DNA of 64,000 bases from Candidatus Levyibacteriota bacterium (lineage in GTDB: Bacteria > Patescibacteriota > Microgenomatia > Levybacterales > UBA12049). The first letter of the stretch is position 1, and every line of letters starts with the position of its first letter. Made by a program: the position numbers and the translations under genes. Below are positions 60,861 through 64,000 of the stretch, piece by piece. The DNA lies in NCBI GenBank assembly GCA_043823085.1, contig JBDRBE010000004.1, positions 133,510-197,509 of the forward strand, given 5' to 3'. The notes beneath the pieces are model-generated. The model had not been told where the DNA came from. It was given only the letters and a program-made list of their open reading frames with translations, and made no database searches.

Positions 60861-62531
60861 GTGCACGTAATAAAATCGACAAAACTAAAATACATTTTTG
60901 TTTCCGGTGGTGTGATTTCAGGAATCGGAAAAGGAACCACCGTTGCTTCAATCGCTTTTCTTCTTAAATCCGCCGGTTACAAAGTTGCTCCAATCAAATT
61001 TGAAAACTATTTAAATATTGACGCGGGAACTATTAATCCCATTGAACACGGAGATCCGTTTTTATGTGAAGACGGAACAGAAGCAGACATGGATATTGGA
61101 AGTTATGAAAAATTTATGGACGAGGATATGGGCAAAGATAATTTTGTCACCATGGGCGCAATCTATTCAACAGTTATAGAAAGAGAAAGAAGATTTGAAT
61201 ATAAAGGAGAAGATGTTGAAGCAATACCATGCATCACTGATGAAATCGTTGCCAGAATTAACAAATTAGCAAAAGAAAAAAAAGCTGATATTGCAATTAT
61301 AGAACTTGGTGGAACAGCGGGAGAATATCAAAATGTTTTTTATTACGAAGCATCAAGAATCTTAACTTTGAGAAATCCCGGAGATGTTATTCATATTCAT
61401 GTAAGTTATGTTCCAACACCAGCGCACTTGGGGGAACCAAAAACCAAACCCACTCAACTTTCTGTTAGAACTTTAAATTCCATGGGGATTCAGCCGGATT
61501 TTATTGTGGCGCGATCGGAAAAATATCTTGACCAAAGACGAAGAGAAAGATTTGCATTATTTTGCAACATGCATTCAGATGATATAATCTCCAGTCCTGA
61601 TTTATCAACTGTTTACGAAATTCCTTTAATCTTGCACAAACAAAATTTAGACAGTAAAGTTTTGCAAAAATTAGGGTTAAAAGCAATAGAGCCGGATCTT
61701 AAGGAATGGAATAATTTGCTTACAAAAATAAAGTCAAAAAAAGCAAAATCAGTTGAAATTGTAATTGTCGGTAAATATTTTGGTACCGGAGATTATCAAT
61801 TGCGTGATTCATACGCAGCGCTTTTTGATGCCATAGATCATGCGGCATGGCAAAATAATATAGAAGTAAAAACGCGCTGGGTTGACGCGGAAAAAGTTGA
61901 ATCCTCCTTCGCTAAAGCTTCGAAGGATAAACAAGAGAATGCTTTAGAAGAAGTTTTGGGTCATCCCAATGGGATTATTGTTCCAATCGGCTGGGGAATA
62001 AGAGGCGCGGAGGGAATGATTCAAACGGCGTCTTATGCAAGAAAAATGAAAATTCCCTATCTTGGACTTTGTTATGGCATGCAGTTAGCGGTTATTGCAT
62101 ATGGGCGGGATATTTTGGGTTGGAAAGATGCCAATACTACGGAAAACGATGAAAAAACAAGTCATCCTGTAATCCATATTATTTCAAAACAAAAAGAATT
62201 TATGGAAAGAAGAGCTTATGGAGGAACCATGAGGCTTGGGGCATGGGACGCAAGAGTTGAAAAAGGGACAAAAACTTTTGAAATTTATGGAAAAACTTTA
62301 ACCAGCGAAAGACATAGGCATAGATATGAGTTTAATGGTAAGTACTCAAAAGATTTCCAAGATAAAGGTTTAATTATTAGTGCAAGGTCGGTTAAAGAGG
62401 ATTTAGTTGAAATAATTGAATTATCCACCAAAGATCATCCGTTTTACATGGGAACACAGGGTCATCCGGAGTACAAGAGCCGTCCGTTAGAGCCTCACCC
62501 GATTTTTGTTGCCTTTCTTAAAGCCGCCTGA
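60861..62531 (+). CDS. pyrG: CTP synthase
   Basis: [17 protein letters not shown]-terminal synthetase domain and a C-terminal class I GATase (GLCYGMQ, HPE). Confidence 0.95.
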   Translation: MHVIKSTKLKYIFVSGGVISGIGKGTTVASIAFLLKSAGYKVAPIKFENYLNIDAGTINPIEHGDPFLCEDGTEADMDIGSYEKFMDEDMGKDNFVTMGAIYSTVIERERRFEYKGEDVEAIPCITDEIVARINKLAKEKKADIAIIELGGTAGEYQNVFYYEASRILTLRNPGDVIHIHVSYVPTPAHLGEPKTKPTQLSVRTLNSMGIQPDFIVARSEKYLDQRRRERFALFCNMHSDDIISSPDLSTVYEIPLILHKQNLDSKVLQKLGLKAIEPDLKEWNNLLTKIKSKKAKSVEIVIVGKYFGTGDYQLRDSYAALFDAIDHAAWQNNIEVKTRWVDAEKVESSFAKASKDKQENALEEVLGHPNGIIVPIGWGIRGAEGMIQTASYARKMKIPYLGLCYGMQLAVIAYGRDILGWKDANTTENDEKTSHPVIHIISKQKEFMERRAYGGTMRLGAWDARVEKGTKTFEIYGKTLTSERHRHRYEFNGKYSKDFQDKGLIISARSVKEDLVEIIELSTKDHPFYMGTQGHPEYKSRPLEPHPIFVAFLKAA

Positions 62532-62838
62532 TATAATACTTTCTATGATTCCGAAAATTGATTTTATTGTTGGAGATACTGTTAAAGTCTACCAAAAAAT
62601 TAAGGAAGATGAAAAAAGCCGGACTCAAGTTTTTGAAGGTGTGGTTTTGGCAATTAGAGGCAGAGATGAAAATAAAAGTTTTATGGTTCGAAAACTTGTC
62701 GGAGACATAGCTGTCGAAAGGATTTGGCCGCTAAGTTCCCCTCAAATCGAAAAGGTAGTTGTTAGGTCTCACTCAAAAAAGAAGGTTCGAAGAGCAAAAC
62801 TATATTATTTAAGAGATAAAAAATCACGAAGTAAATAA
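62506..62838 (+). CDS. rplS: 50S ribosomal protein L19
   Basis: [12 protein letters not shown]...[10 protein letters not shown]...RRAKLYYLR. The start at 62506 gives the expected ~16-aa N-terminal lead. An alternative ATG lies at 62545. Confidence 0.85.
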   Translation: MLPFLKPPDIILSMIPKIDFIVGDTVKVYQKIKEDEKSRTQVFEGVVLAIRGRDENKSFMVRKLVGDIAVERIWPLSSPQIEKVVVRSHSKKKVRRAKLYYLRDKKSRSK

Positions 62839-62848
62839 TTAAATCTTC

Positions 62849-63217
62849 ATGAAGGGATCCGCAAATATTTCTCAGGGGAGAAGAGGGGAGACTCAAGCCT
62901 TAGAATACCTCATAAAAAAAGGTTATAAAATCATTGATAGAAATTTTAGAACAAGAAATGGAGAGATTGATTTAATTGGAATACAAAATAATGTTTTGGT
63001 TTTTATTGAAGTAAAAACACGAACATCACAGGATTTTGGAATACCATTTGAAGCAATTACCTATTATAAAATGAAAGCGCTTATTCGTGTCGCACAATAT
63101 TACAAAATGACCCATTCAAAATTACCAGAGCAAATGAGAATTGATGCGGTTTCGGTTCAATTAAATGATTTTGGAATGTCTACAATTGAGCATGTCGAAA
63201 ATATCTCCGGATTTTAG
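62849..63217 (+). CDS. yraN: YraN-family (UPF0102) endonuclease-fold protein
   Basis: GE..A..YL...GY.I..RN.R...GEIDLI..........FIEVKTR. Confidence 0.75.
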   Translation: MKGSANISQGRRGETQALEYLIKKGYKIIDRNFRTRNGEIDLIGIQNNVLVFIEVKTRTSQDFGIPFEAITYYKMKALIRVAQYYKMTHSKLPEQMRIDAVSVQLNDFGMSTIEHVENISGF

Positions 63218-64000
63218 GATTTTAATGATTTTATCTGGTCTCGAATTAAAGCGGCGGTTTCAAAATCTAAATTTTTAGCATATAAGATCATTTCCTTTCT
63301 AAGTTTTTTTATCAGCTGTTCTTTTTCGTCGGCAAGCAAAACATCTTTTTTGCCTATTTGCAAAAGTAAATCAAGACTTTTTTCTTCTTCTTTTTCTTTT
63401 TCTACTAATTTAGCCCTGATGCTTTTTTGAATTCCAATTGGCGTGATTTTATGTTTTTTATTATATCTTGTTTGTATTTCTCTTCTTCTTTCAACTTCTT
63501 TGATAGCCCCGCTCATGGATTTTGTGATATCATCAGCATACATAATAACAGTTGAATCCCTATGGCGGGCCGCTCTTCCCATTGTTTGGATAAGCGAAGT
63601 TTTACTTCTAAGAAATCCTTCTTTATCTGCATCAAGTATCACAACAAGAGAAACTTCGGGTAAATCAAGACCTTCGCGAAGTAGGTTTATGCCTATAATT
63701 ACATCATATTCTCCAATTCTTAAACTGTCTAAGATATCCTGCCGTTTGAGAGTTTCGATTTCAGAATGAAGATAAGTGACTTTAATTCCTTTTTCTTCAA
63801 AAAATGATGAGAGTTCTTCCGACATACGTTTTGTCAGAGTTGTGACAAGCGTTCTTTGTTTTTTCTTTGTCCTTTTTTTAATTTCTAAAATAAGATCTTC
63901 TATTTGTCCTTTGGTAGGCCGAATTATAATTCTTGGGTCGGTAAGACCGGTTGGTCGTATTAATTGTTCAATAATGCAATTATTTTCTTTAGCCAGAGAA
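63214..64000 (-). CDS. uvrB: Excinuclease ABC subunit B, C-terminal part (gene continues beyond the window end)
   Basis: Helicase C-terminal motifs ([59 protein letters not shown]) and a C-terminal UVR domain ([11 protein letters not shown]). Confidence 0.85.
   Translation of the reverse strand, partial: SLAKENNCIIEQLIRPTGLTDPRIIIRPTKGQIEDLILEIKKRTKKKQRTLVTTLTKRMSEELSSFFEEKGIKVTYLHSEIETLKRQDILDSLRIGEYDVIIGINLLREGLDLPEVSLVVILDADKEGFLRSKTSLIQTMGRAARHRDSTVIMYADDITKSMSGAIKEVERRREIQTRYNKKHKITPIGIQKSIRAKLVEKEKEEEKSLDLLLQIGKKDVLLADEKEQLIKKLRKEMILYAKNLDFETAALIRDQIKSLKS

Overview
This is a low-GC (~35%), gene-dense bacterial window with short intergenic spacers and many overlapping start/stop codons. 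TGA ends several conserved genes, so the standard code is in use. The gene content and style resemble a Candidate Phyla Radiation (Patescibacteria)-like genome. On the + strand from the left there is an extended dcw cell-wall/division cluster: murE (3' fragment), murC, murB, murA, a GlmU-like nucleotidyltransferase/acetyltransferase, a HAD hydrolase, glmS, an alpha/beta hydrolase, a membrane-anchored murF, a DegT aminotransferase, a FemAB-family transferase, mraY, ftsW, murG, an ftsQ-like gene, ftsA and ftsZ. This is followed by ileS (archaeal/eukaryotic-type), rodA, rplU-rpmA, parB, lepB (- strand) and tRNA-Val. Next comes a Wzx/Wzy-type surface-glycan locus of about 8 kb (GT4, four GT2, a flippase, a methyltransferase and an O-antigen-ligase-like protein). 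A long - strand block follows: a surface Ig-like protein, tRNA-Thr, pyrE, pyrF, a LOG-like protein, pyrD, the complete F1Fo ATP synthase operon (atpBEFHAGDC), dnaE, a stand-alone GGDEF protein, gatCAB, the MurT/GatD lipid II isoglutaminyl synthase pair, htpX, lemA and polX. The right end carries tRNA-Asp, a LysM protein, a GIY-YIG gene abutting tRNA-Gly, pyrG, rplS, yraN and a uvrB fragment. There is no CRISPR array, no rRNA and no obvious IS element or integrase. The most unusual signals are (i) recurrent 28-nt arrays of four heptanucleotide units, mainly (TTTTCAA)4 and (AAAAATC)4 in the sense strand, embedded in-frame in otherwise conserved essential genes (murG, ileS, gatB, murT and two glycosyltransferases) and in intergenic spacers, (ii) degenerate 5'-half copies of tRNA-Asp and tRNA-Gly, both truncated in the anticodon loop, with a GIY-YIG nuclease gene sitting between the tRNA-Gly half-copy and the intact tRNA, and (iii) a peptidoglycan toolkit with Gram-positive-like tailoring (FemAB, DegT, MurT/GatD, and a MurF carrying a polytopic N-terminal membrane domain).
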